A stretch of DNA of 64,000 nt, from the NCBI GenBank assembly GCA_963775425.1, contig CAVZJB010000004.1, positions 160,001 to 224,000 of the forward strand, in the 5' to 3' direction. Of the stretch, positions 52,620 to 62,920 are shown in pieces. Under the pieces are notes generated by a model, which saw nothing but the letters and a program-made list of their open reading frames with translations, searched no databases and was not told the origin of the DNA. Position 1 is the stretch's first letter, and each line of letters starts with the position of its first letter. The stretch comes from an uncultured delta proteobacterium. Lineage in GTDB: Bacteria > Myxococcota > UBA727 > VGSZ01. Position numbers and translations under genes: made by a program.

Positions 52620-53557
52620 GCCGCGCGCTCCGACACGTCGTTGAGGGCGAGCACGCGCGTGGCCAGCTCGTCGATGGCCTTCTTGATCCGCGAGTCCGGC
52701 GCGCACACGCGCAGCGGCTGGCGCATGCGCACCGCGCGGCGCACGGCGTCGTCGTCGGGGAGCGTGCCGAGGACCTCGAGCTGGATGCCGAGGAAGCGAC
52801 GGCACGCGCTGGCCATGTCGGCGGCCACGTGGGAGTCGTCGCCGCCGGCCTCGCCGCGCGCCTGGTTGACGACGAGGCGCGGCCGGAAGCGCGCCATCTG
52901 CTGCTGCACCTGCTTGCCGAGCTCGGGGTCTCGCTCGGAGACCGCGCGCAGCAGGTCGGCGGGGGTGTGGATGTTGAGCTTGTTGCGCTGGGCGCGCGCC
53001 TCGTCGACGAGGTCCTTGATGCCGAACGCCTTCTCCACCACCGCGAGGCGGCGGAAGAATGCGGCTTTCAGGAAGCGATAGGCGTTCTCCACGCTGGTGG
53101 GCTCCGGAAGAACGACGAGGATGCCGCAAGACGCGATGAGAAAGAAATCGAGCGTGTTGAAACCGGTGCCGGCGCCGAGGTCGAGGACGAGAAAGTCGGT
53201 GTCGAAAGTAGACAGGTTGCGCAGCAGGCGCATCTTGGACTGGTGCTGCGGGTTGGCCGCGCCGACGTCGTCGAGCGCACCGGAGATGAAGCGCAGGTTG
53301 GCGAAGGGCGTGGTGACGGCGAGCTGGTCGAGGTCCGCCTTGCGCTCGAGGAAATCCGACAAGGAGACCAGGGGTGCGGGAAGGCCGAGGACCGTATGGG
53401 CGTTGGCCCCACCGAGGTCGGCGTCGACGAGGAGCACCCGGTGCCCCGCGTCCGCCAGCGCGAGGGACAAGTTTGCAGAGAGCAGAGTCTTTCCGACCCC
53501 GCCCTTGCCGCCGCCCACAGCGACAATCTGGGGTGTCCCTTTCCGGCCGTCGGCCAT
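52616..53557 (-). CDS. MinD/FlhG/ParA-family ATPase
   Basis: GGKGGVGKT deviant Walker A, VDADLG, LDLGAG, PEPTS. Confidence 0.92.
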   Translation of the reverse strand: MADGRKGTPQIVAVGGGKGGVGKTLLSANLSLALADAGHRVLLVDADLGGANAHTVLGLPAPLVSLSDFLERKADLDQLAVTTPFANLRFISGALDDVGAANPQHQSKMRLLRNLSTFDTDFLVLDLGAGTGFNTLDFFLIASCGILVVLPEPTSVENAYRFLKAAFFRRLAVVEKAFGIKDLVDEARAQRNKLNIHTPADLLRAVSERDPELGKQVQQQMARFRPRLVVNQARGEAGGDDSHVAADMASACRRFLGIQLEVLGTLPDDDAVRRAVRMRQPLRVCAPDSRIKKAIDELATRVLALNDVSERAA

Positions 53558-53616
53558 GGGCGGAAGTCTAGCGGGTAGGGCCGTGTGAGATCACGAAAAC
53601 CGGTCGTCTTGGGGAC

Positions 53617-53647
53617 ACCCCTCGGCCGCCGTCAGGCAGCCGAGGGG
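53617..53647 (-). terminator. Hairpin after the HNH gene
   Basis: CCCCTCGGC...GCCGAGGGG inverted repeat. Confidence 0.4.
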
Positions 53648-53654
53648 GCCGTTG

Positions 53655-54296
53655 TCATTCCGTGTCGTCCACGAGCTCCGTGTTCCAGTACGCGGCGGTG
53701 GCCGGGTCCAGGAAGGGGAGCCACTCCTTGTAGGGCACGCGCCCGAAGGAGGGTGTGAGCGACGACCACGTGGGGCGCCGCGGCTCCTTGTGCAGCCGCA
53801 TGCCCGCCTGCTCCGGCGAGCGCCCGCCCTTGGTGAGGTTGCAGCGGACGCAGGAGCAGACCACGTTCTCCCACGAGGTCCTGCCGCCCTGGGAGCGGGG
53901 CACCACGTGGTCGAGGTTGAGCTGGCTGCGCGGCAGGTTGCGCCCGCAGTACTGGCACGTGAAGGAGTCCCGCAGGTAGATGTTCTGCCGCGAGAACCGG
54001 ACATGGGTCCGGGGCATGCGGTCATACACCTGAAGGACGATCACGCGCGGCACCTTGAGCACCATCCGCGGCGTGTGCACGACGTCGTCACCGAGCTCGT
54101 GCGACAGCTCCGCCCACGACTCGAAGTCGAACGAGCGGAACTCGCCGTCGAGCGCCCGCGCGGCCCCGGAGAAGAGCAGGCCGAACGCGCGCTGCGCGCG
54201 GGTGACCGCGACGGGCTGGAAGGTCTTGTTCAGCACGAGAACGCGCGCCTCGAGGCCCTTCGAGACACCCATCTTCGTCAGAGTCATCGAGGTCAT
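53655..54296 (-). CDS. HNH endonuclease
   Basis: VLVLN, RDSFTCQYCG, LDHVVPRSQGG, WENVVCSC..CN..KG. Confidence 0.93.
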   Translation of the reverse strand: MTSMTLTKMGVSKGLEARVLVLNKTFQPVAVTRAQRAFGLLFSGAARALDGEFRSFDFESWAELSHELGDDVVHTPRMVLKVPRVIVLQVYDRMPRTHVRFSRQNIYLRDSFTCQYCGRNLPRSQLNLDHVVPRSQGGRTSWENVVCSCVRCNLTKGGRSPEQAGMRLHKEPRRPTWSSLTPSFGRVPYKEWLPFLDPATAAYWNTELVDDTE

Positions 54297-54438
54297 GGCA
54301 TCACCCCATCCAATGCGAGAAACGATGTAGGTGCCACGCAGACGCTCCAGACTCCGGTCGTGTTCAAAGTAAGTCGGCTCGAAAGTAGCTACCATCCTAC
54401 CGTCCCCGGTCACGGCTTGCCATTCGGGCCCCGTTCAC

Positions 54439-56574
54439 ATGCTCGACACGCTCGCGTCACAATCCGCACTCGTCGCCGTCATCGTGGCGGTGGCCACGAC
54501 GATTGCGCTGCTTTTGCGCGCGTCCCGGCCGCTGACGGTTCGATTCGCCGCGTTCGCCTGGAGCACCGCGGCATATTACGCGGGCGTCCTCGGCACGGCG
54601 CTGTCCGGCGATCGCCTGGTGATGCTGTCGGCGCGGGTGATCTCCGCCGGCTTCATCGTCATCACCGCCACCATCTTCTTCGACGCCATCCTCGGCGAGG
54701 TGAGCGGCGTGGCGCGCCGTCGGCGGCGCCTGCCGTTCGCGCTCGGCGCGCTGGTGATCGTCGTCGGCGCCACGCCTGCCGTGAGGCTGCCGTGGGTGAG
54801 CTTCGCGTGCGCGGCCGTGGTGTTCGCGATGCTGGTGTTGCGCGTGCGCGGCGTCCTCGCCCGCGCGGCCGGCGTCGACTCGGCGGCGGAGCGCACGCGC
54901 CTGCGCTACCTCGGCGTCGGCGGGCTGATCGCGCTGTCGGGCACGCTGCTCGATCTCGGCGCGGTGCTCGGCGTGGGCACGCCGGCCGTCGGCGGCATCG
55001 TCGTCGCCGTCTACATCTACTTCATCTCGCAGGCGCTGCTCGTGAGCCGCCTGCTCGACCTGCACGAGCTGCTCGGCAAGGCGCTGGTGTTCGGCACGCT
55101 GGCGCTGCTCCTCGCCATCGTCTACGGCGCGCTCAACGTGTGGATCGGTGATCGGCGCGGCCTGTTCCTCTCGAACACGCTGGTGGCGTCGTCGTTGATC
55201 CTCATCCTCTTCGAGCCGGCCAAGGCCACGCTCGAGGAGGCGGCGGCGCGCATCTTCTTTCGCGAGCAGCTCACGTTCGCGCGCGGGCTGCGCCGCCTGG
55301 TCCGCGACCTGCAGACCGTCATCGAATTGCCCGCCGCCATCAGCCAGGCGCTCGACGAGATCTACGACAGCAAGCGCGCGACGCACGCGAGCGTCTACCT
55401 CCTCGAGCGCGACGGCATGGGCTTCGTGCTGAACGGCTACCGGGGCCCTGCCCCGATCAAGCTCCTCGACGCCAAGGCGCACCCGGGCGTGTTCGCACAC
55501 CTGCTGAAGCTGCAGACGCCCATCCTGCGCGAGGCGGTGGCGCGACGGGTGGGCGAGCCCGCGGCCCGGAAGGAGGCGCTGACGGCGGAGCAGAAGGCGA
55601 CGCCGACGTCGCAGGACGAGGCGCTCCTGCGCGGCCTCGACGTGTTGAAGGCCGATCTCGTGGTGCCGTTGCGCACGCAGGGCGGCGTCGTGGGCCTGTT
55701 GTGTCTGCGCGACGAGCGGCTCGCCGACGCGTTCGCCTCCGACGAGATCGCGGCGCTCATCGAGGTCGGCGACCAGCTCGCCATCACCATCGAGAACTCG
55801 CGCTTGTTCGGCCTGCTGCGCGAGCGCGATCGGCTGGCGGCGCTCGGCGAGATGTCGGCGGGCCTCGCGCACGAGATCCGGAATCCGCTCGCGGCCATCA
55901 AGGGCGCCGCGCAGGAGCTCGACCCGGCGCGCATCGGCGGCGACGACGGCGAGCTCATGCAGATCATCATCGACGAGGTGAACCGCCTGAACACCGTCGT
56001 CGTGGAATTCCTCGACTACGCCCGGCCCTTCCGGGGCACCTTCGTCTCGCTCTCGGTGAACGACGCGGTGAAGCGTACCGCGCAACTCATGCAACACGAC
56101 CTGCAGGACACCGAGATCGTCCTCGACCTCGCCGACGAGCTCCCCGACGTGAGCGGTGACGCCGAACGCCTGCAGCAGGTCATCATCAACCTCATCCTGA
56201 ACGCCGCCGACTCCATGGGGCGCAAGGGACGCATCACGCTGTCGACCAAGAAGAGCGCCGACCTCACCGACACCGCGTTGTGGACGCTCAAGGAGCCCAA
56301 GCAATTCGTCGAGGTGCGCGTGCGCGACGAGGGCCCGGGCATCTCCTCCACGCTCCTCGATCGAATCTTCATCCCGTTCTTCACCACCAAGGTGCGCGGC
56401 ACCGGCCTCGGCCTCGCCTTGTGCCAGCGCATCGTGCAGCACCACGGTGGCAGCCTCGAGGTGCGCTCCGTCGAGGGTCACGGCGCCACGTTCGTCATCC
56501 GCCTCCCCGCCCTGCCGCACAAAAAGCGTGAGAGCGACGCGCCGCCGGCCCAAAACGAAGCCGCGGCCCAGTGA
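54439..56574 (+). CDS. Multi-TM GAF sensor histidine kinase
   Basis: About 8 hydrophobic segments, GAF, AHEIRNPL, NLILNA, FFTTK, GTGLGL. Confidence 0.93.
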   Translation: MLDTLASQSALVAVIVAVATTIALLLRASRPLTVRFAAFAWSTAAYYAGVLGTALSGDRLVMLSARVISAGFIVITATIFFDAILGEVSGVARRRRRLPFALGALVIVVGATPAVRLPWVSFACAAVVFAMLVLRVRGVLARAAGVDSAAERTRLRYLGVGGLIALSGTLLDLGAVLGVGTPAVGGIVVAVYIYFISQALLVSRLLDLHELLGKALVFGTLALLLAIVYGALNVWIGDRRGLFLSNTLVASSLILILFEPAKATLEEAAARIFFREQLTFARGLRRLVRDLQTVIELPAAISQALDEIYDSKRATHASVYLLERDGMGFVLNGYRGPAPIKLLDAKAHPGVFAHLLKLQTPILREAVARRVGEPAARKEALTAEQKATPTSQDEALLRGLDVLKADLVVPLRTQGGVVGLLCLRDERLADAFASDEIAALIEVGDQLAITIENSRLFGLLRERDRLAALGEMSAGLAHEIRNPLAAIKGAAQELDPARIGGDDGELMQIIIDEVNRLNTVVVEFLDYARPFRGTFVSLSVNDAVKRTAQLMQHDLQDTEIVLDLADELPDVSGDAERLQQVIINLILNAADSMGRKGRITLSTKKSADLTDTALWTLKEPKQFVEVRVRDEGPGISSTLLDRIFIPFFTTKVRGTGLGLALCQRIVQHHGGSLEVRSVEGHGATFVIRLPALPHKKRESDAPPAQNEAAAQ

Positions 56575-56679
56575 GCCTCGACGACGCGGCGCGCGCGGCA
56601 AGCGCCGCCCGCACGTCGTCGATGCGCACGAAGCGGCGGGCGTGCCGGCACTGACCCTATTCCGCTATGCGGATCACTT

Positions 56680-57384
56680 CTAGGCTCCGAGGCGCGCGCG
56701 GACGGCACGTGCGACGGCGAGCGCGCCCGGCGTGTCGCCGTGGACGCACAGCGTGTCGATGCCGCCGCCCGCCACCACCGCCGCCGCCTGCGCCGCCGCC
56801 GCCGCCGGATCTTCGATGACGGCGCCCGGCATACCGCGCGGGATGAGCGAGCCGTCGTCGCGCATGCCTCGATCCGCGAAGCCCTCGGCGACGACGGGCA
56901 CGCCCGCGCGCTCGCAGCGCTCCCGCGTGGGCGCGCCCGCCGGCAGCACCAACGCGACGCCCGACGGCAGAGCGCCGCGCACGGCCGCGACGAGCGCGCC
57001 GGCGACGGCCGGGTCGCGCGCGGCGTCGTGGTAGAGCGCGCCGTGGGGCTTCACGTGTGTCAGCGCGACGCCGGCGGCGCCCGCGATCCGCGCAAGCGCG
57101 TCGATCTGCTCGCGCACGGCGCGCTCGAGCTCCCCCGCAGGCATCGCCATCGACACGCGACCGAAGCCGGCGCGATCGGGGTAGCTCGGGTGCGCGCCGA
57201 CGGCGACGCCGTGCCGCACGCACTGCGCCACCGTGGCGCGCATGGTCTCGTCGTCGCCGGCGTGGCCGCCGCAGGCGACGTTGGCCTCGTCGACCAGCGC
57301 GATGAGCGCCTCCTGCGTGCCGTCCACGACGGCGCGCGGGTCCTCGCCCAGATCGGCGTTCAGCCGCACGGCGCGCAACCTCAT
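56680..57384 (-). CDS. pxpA: 5-oxoprolinase subunit A (LamB/YcsF)
   Basis: LNADLGE, ANVACGGHAGD, GAHPSYPD, HVKPHGALY, CVHGD. Confidence 0.93.
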   Translation of the reverse strand: MRLRAVRLNADLGEDPRAVVDGTQEALIALVDEANVACGGHAGDDETMRATVAQCVRHGVAVGAHPSYPDRAGFGRVSMAMPAGELERAVREQIDALARIAGAAGVALTHVKPHGALYHDAARDPAVAGALVAAVRGALPSGVALVLPAGAPTRERCERAGVPVVAEGFADRGMRDDGSLIPRGMPGAVIEDPAAAAAQAAAVVAGGGIDTLCVHGDTPGALAVARAVRARLGA

Positions 57385-57442
57385 CGAGGGCACGGCGCGC
57401 TCGCGTCGCTGCAGTCGATCCGGCGCGCGGTGAACGCGCGCA

Positions 57443-58330
57443 TCACGGCCGCTCTTCCCCGGCGTGCTCCTGGAGGAACGCGGCGCGCGCCTCGTCGACG
57501 GTGACGCGGCAGAAGCGCACACGGGCGCCGGGGCGGAGCTGGCCGAGACGCCACTGGTCGGCGCTGATCACGTTCGCGATCTTCGCATACCCGCCGGTGG
57601 CGCACCGATCGACGCCGAGGACGATCGGCTGGCCCGAGGGCGGCACCTGCACCGCGCCGGCGTTGGCGCCCTCGGTGAGGATCTCGCGCCCGCCCTCGAC
57701 CGGCGCGCCCTCGAGGCGCGCGCCCCGCCGGTCGGAGTCGCGCCCGACGATGAAGGCGCCCTCGAGGAGCGCCGCCCACGCCGCCGCGGGGAACGGCTGG
57801 GGCCCCGCGACCACGCGCAGCACGGCGTCTTCGAGCGCGGCCCACGCGTCGACGCTGCCGTCGACGCCGCCGGCGGCCGCGTGCGTGCTCGCGCGCGAAC
57901 GGGACCCGACGCGCAGCACGTCCCCGACCCGCAGCGCGCTGCCGGCGGCCGCGTCGAGGCCGCCGGCGAAGGCGACGGCGGCGCGCAGCCCGCTCCTGCA
58001 GATGCCGAGGCGCAGCAGGTCGCCCGGCTGCAGCAGGAGCGGCCGGCCGAGCGCCACGGCCTCCGCGCCCGCCGCCGCGCGCTCGATCGACACGGGGAAC
58101 GGAGCGCCTGCGACGCAGAGCTCGACCGTGGCGCGCGCGCGCAGCACGGGACCACCGAGCACGCACTCGAGGCCCAGCGCGCCCGCGGCGTTTCCGAGCA
58201 CGCCGTTGGCGAGCGCGAGCGCGCGGGGGTCGGCCGCGCCGCCGACCGAGAAGCCGCGGTGCGCGCGCCCCCGCACCGGACCGCCCTGCACCGTCGTCGC
58301 CGGCCCGGGCTTCACCACCTCGAGGGTCAC
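57443..58330 (-). CDS. pxpC: 5-oxoprolinase subunit C
   Basis: TTVQ, SDRRGARL, GAVQVPPSGQPIV, TGGYAKI. Confidence 0.92.
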   Translation of the reverse strand: MTLEVVKPGPATTVQGGPVRGRAHRGFSVGGAADPRALALANGVLGNAAGALGLECVLGGPVLRARATVELCVAGAPFPVSIERAAAGAEAVALGRPLLLQPGDLLRLGICRSGLRAAVAFAGGLDAAAGSALRVGDVLRVGSRSRASTHAAAGGVDGSVDAWAALEDAVLRVVAGPQPFPAAAWAALLEGAFIVGRDSDRRGARLEGAPVEGGREILTEGANAGAVQVPPSGQPIVLGVDRCATGGYAKIANVISADQWRLGQLRPGARVRFCRVTVDEARAAFLQEHAGEERP

Positions 58331-59832
58331 GGCAGGCACACCGCGCTCGTGTCGCACAACTGCAAGGCCAGGCTCGCCCCGGACTCGTCGAGCGTGGAGT
58401 TGCTGCGGGCGACGACGTCGTGGTCGGTGTTCCCCGAGAAGGTGGAGGACGCGACGTTGGCGAAGGCGCCGCCCTCGACGTCGAGCCCGGTGGTGTTGCT
58501 CGTGAAGACGCACGTGGTGAGCTCGGCGACGGAGCTCTGGACCACGGCGACGCCCACCACGCTCCCGGTGACGACGCACGCCCCTGACTCGACGGTGCCG
58601 CCGCGGTCGACGATGAAGCCGTCGGCGCTGTTGCCGAGGGACTGTGCGTTCTGCGCCACGAGGCGGCTGGCGATGACGTTGTAGCCGACCCTGTTGTTCC
58701 GCGAGGTCATGCCGTCGGCGAACGCGAGGGAGCCGTCGATGACGACGACGCCGATGTTGAACCCCTGCACGACGACGTCGGCGGCGATGGAGGCGGTGGA
58801 ACGCGAGGCCACGGCGACGCCGATGCTCGCGGGCGCGTCGTTGCCTTCGATGGTGAGCGAGCTCAACAGGCCAAGCCGTGTGCCGTCGACGACGATGCCG
58901 CTGGTGCTCGTGAAGTGCAGCACGGCGCCGTCATCGCCGACGATGTGGATGTGCTGCGCGTCCTGACGCGTGATGCGCACCTCGGCAGGCTCGTTGTGCA
59001 CGCCCGCGGCGACGCGAACCGTGACGTCGGCGTCGAGCGATATCCCGTCGAGGGACGCGAGCGCCGCCGCCACCGTGGGGAAGTCGCCCGGAACGTTCAG
59101 GACGCTCGACGCGTCGATGTGCGTGGCCACCGGTCGCCCGCCGACGTCGAGCGCGGGCGCCGCCAGCGGTTGCGAAGCGGTGCACGTCCCGCTCGTACAG
59201 TCGAAGACCCCGTCGCCGCCGCACACGTCGCGGGTGTCCGTGACCTCGGCGGCGTCGAGCACCCCGTTGCCGTCGGCGTCGACACCGAACGCGAGGCCGA
59301 GCCCGCCGTTCGGGCAGCTCGTCGGGTCGCGCGGCTCGACCAGGGTGGCCGGCCCCGGCTCGCCCTGCAGCAGGAACACCTCGGCGGTGGCCGGGAACGC
59401 GGCGGCGAGCGTGAGGGTGAACAGCCCCGGCGCGATGCTCGAGGGAAGGGTGAGCCTCATGGTCTCTCCGTCGATGGCGGTGATTGCGAGCGGGACGCGC
59501 CGGTGGGCGGCGTCACTGAGGAATGCGCCGGTGACGACGTCGAGGTGCGCGCCGCGCACGATCATGGCGCCGCGCGTGCGGTGCGCCGCGGCCACGCCGG
59601 CGGGCGCGGCGGACGCGAGGGGCAGCGCGCTGCCGTCGCCGTCGATGCCGTCGATGCGCGGCCGCGGCGCCTCGACGCCCGGGCCCGCGTCGCGGGCCTC
59701 TTCGGGGACGCACGCGCCGTCGAAGCACGAAAAGCCCGCCGCGCATTCGGCGTCGCCGCACACGGGCGCCGGTGGACACCCGGCGGCGAGCGCGGCGAAG
59801 AGCGGTGCGACGAGAGCGGTCGGGCGGCGCAC
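58327..59832 (-). CDS. Lipoprotein with an Ig-like segment, a CPNGG...GVDADGNGVLD module and a C-terminal parallel beta-helix
   Basis: LAAGC lipobox; LNVPGDFPTVAAAL; repeated N..G..V...S beta-helix rungs. Confidence 0.75.
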   Translation of the reverse strand: MRRPTALVAPLFAALAAGCPPAPVCGDAECAAGFSCFDGACVPEEARDAGPGVEAPRPRIDGIDGDGSALPLASAAPAGVAAAHRTRGAMIVRGAHLDVVTGAFLSDAAHRRVPLAITAIDGETMRLTLPSSIAPGLFTLTLAAAFPATAEVFLLQGEPGPATLVEPRDPTSCPNGGLGLAFGVDADGNGVLDAAEVTDTRDVCGGDGVFDCTSGTCTASQPLAAPALDVGGRPVATHIDASSVLNVPGDFPTVAAALASLDGISLDADVTVRVAAGVHNEPAEVRITRQDAQHIHIVGDDGAVLHFTSTSGIVVDGTRLGLLSSLTIEGNDAPASIGVAVASRSTASIAADVVVQGFNIGVVVIDGSLAFADGMTSRNNRVGYNVIASRLVAQNAQSLGNSADGFIVDRGGTVESGACVVTGSVVGVAVVQSSVAELTTCVFTSNTTGLDVEGGAFANVASSTFSGNTDHDVVARSNSTLDESGASLALQLCDTSAVCLP

Positions 59833-59923
59833 CGCGCGATCCTCGCACAGCGCGGCGACCCCGTGAGCGCCGGGAGCGACGCGTCCCGTCGTGGGGCCCG
59901 CGCTGCCCCGTCGTGGCGGTGCC

Positions 59924-60568
59924 TCAGGAGGCGGCGGTGAACCGCACCGCGTCGCCCGGGTCGACCCAATCGGGCGTAAGCACACGCTCGGTGTGGCCGA
60001 GGATGCGCCAACCGCCCGGGGACGCCGCCGGGTACACCGCCGCCTGCGCGGCCGCGACGGCCACGGCGCCCGCGGGCACGCGCGGGCGCGGCACATCGAG
60101 GCGCGGCACCGCGAGGCGCGCGTCGAGCCCGAGCAGGTACGCGAAGCCGGGCATGAAGCCGAGGAACGCCACCGTGTAGGCGGCCGCCGTGTGGCGCGCG
60201 ACGACGTCGTCGATGGTGAGGCCCGTGTGCTCCGCGACGAAGGCGAGGTCGGCGCCGTCGTAGCGCACGGGGACGGTGACCGTCTTCCCGGGCGCGCGCC
60301 CCGGCGCCATGCGCAGCGACGGATCCGGGGCGACGGCGGCCGAGGAGGCGAGCGCGGCCACGTGGGCCTCGACCGCGGCGTGATCCACCGCGGCGAGGTC
60401 GAAGTCCACGAGCACCGACGCGTACGCCGGGTGCAGGTCGAGGAGCCACGGGGGCGGCGACGCCGACAACGCGCGAAACAGAGCGTGCACCCGCGCGCTC
60501 GCGTCCATCGACGCCTCGCCCGCGACGACGACGAGCAGCGACGTGTCCGAGGCGGCGACGAAGCGCAT
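59924..60568 (-). CDS. pxpB: 5-oxoprolinase subunit B
   Basis: PAYASV, VPVRYDGADL, GFMPGFAYL, YPAASPGGWRILG. Confidence 0.93.
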   Translation of the reverse strand: MRFVAASDTSLLVVVAGEASMDASARVHALFRALSASPPPWLLDLHPAYASVLVDFDLAAVDHAAVEAHVAALASSAAVAPDPSLRMAPGRAPGKTVTVPVRYDGADLAFVAEHTGLTIDDVVARHTAAAYTVAFLGFMPGFAYLLGLDARLAVPRLDVPRPRVPAGAVAVAAAQAAVYPAASPGGWRILGHTERVLTPDWVDPGDAVRFTAAS

Positions 60569-60629
60569 CGGCGAGAGCTTAGAGCGCCGGCGGGATCGGC
60601 GCGAGGGCGCCCGTGCGATACAAGGCCGC

Positions 60630-61376
60630 ATGCGCGTGTTCATCACCGGAGCGTCGAGCGGAATCGGCGAGGGCCTCGCCCGCCACTACGCGGTCCCCGG
60701 CGCCGACATCGGCGTCGTCGCGCGGCGTGCGGACGTGCTCGCCGCGCTGGCCAGGGACGTCGAGGCCCACGGCGCCAGGGCGCACGTCTACGCGGGCGAC
60801 GTCGCCGACACCGCGTTCATGGCCGGCGCGGCCGCCGGCTTCGTCGCCGCCGCCGGCGGCGTCGACCTCGTCGTCGCCAACGCCGGCGTCGGCATCCGCG
60901 ATCGCATCAAGCAGGGCGAGGCCGAGGAGATCGCCGCCCTCATTCGCATCAACGTCATCGGCGTCACCAACGCGCTGGTCCCGTTCGTGCCGCACATGAT
61001 CGCGCAGGGCTCCGGCGTGCTCTCCGCCGTCTCGAGCTTCGCGGGGCACCGCGCCATGCCCGGGCGCACCGCCTACTGCGCGTCGAAGGCGGCGGTGATC
61101 GCGTTCATGGACGGGCTGCGCATGGATCTCGACGGGACCGGCGTGCACGCGATGTGCTTCTGCCCCGGCTTCGTGAAGACGCCGCTCACCGAGAAGAACG
61201 AGGGCATGAAGTTCGTCATCGACGTCGACGAGGCGGTGCGCATCATGACCCGCGCCGTCCGTCACCGTGAGCGCACGGTGACGTTCCCCTGGCAGATGCG
61301 CGTCCTCAAGGTCGTGATGGCGGTGGCGCCCGAGGCGCTCATCAAGCGGGGGGCGCCGCCTGCCCGACCGGAATGA
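60630..61376 (+). CDS. SDR-family oxidoreductase
   Basis: TGASSGIG, ANAG, YCASK. Confidence 0.94.
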   Translation: MRVFITGASSGIGEGLARHYAVPGADIGVVARRADVLAALARDVEAHGARAHVYAGDVADTAFMAGAAAGFVAAAGGVDLVVANAGVGIRDRIKQGEAEEIAALIRINVIGVTNALVPFVPHMIAQGSGVLSAVSSFAGHRAMPGRTAYCASKAAVIAFMDGLRMDLDGTGVHAMCFCPGFVKTPLTEKNEGMKFVIDVDEAVRIMTRAVRHRERTVTFPWQMRVLKVVMAVAPEALIKRGAPPARPE

Positions 61377-61418
61377 GGCGACGTGCGCAGCCCGCGGCGA
61401 GCGTGTTAGACCGCCCTC

Positions 61419-62873
<1,455 letters not shown>

Positions 62874-62884
62874 CCGCGGCAAAC

Positions 62885-62914
62885 TTGACCGCCGACGAGC
62901 ACCCTCCGTAACGT
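62885..62914 (+). promoter_or_regulatory. Sigma70-type promoter, near-leaderless
   Basis: TTGACC-18 nt-TAACGT, 6 nt before the ATG at 62921. Confidence 0.6.
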
Positions 62915-62920
62915 CGAGGA

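Noticed and set aside
53655-54296. Homing endonuclease or defence system
   Set aside because: A common stand-alone HNH family; no intron, methylase or other defence genes adjacent
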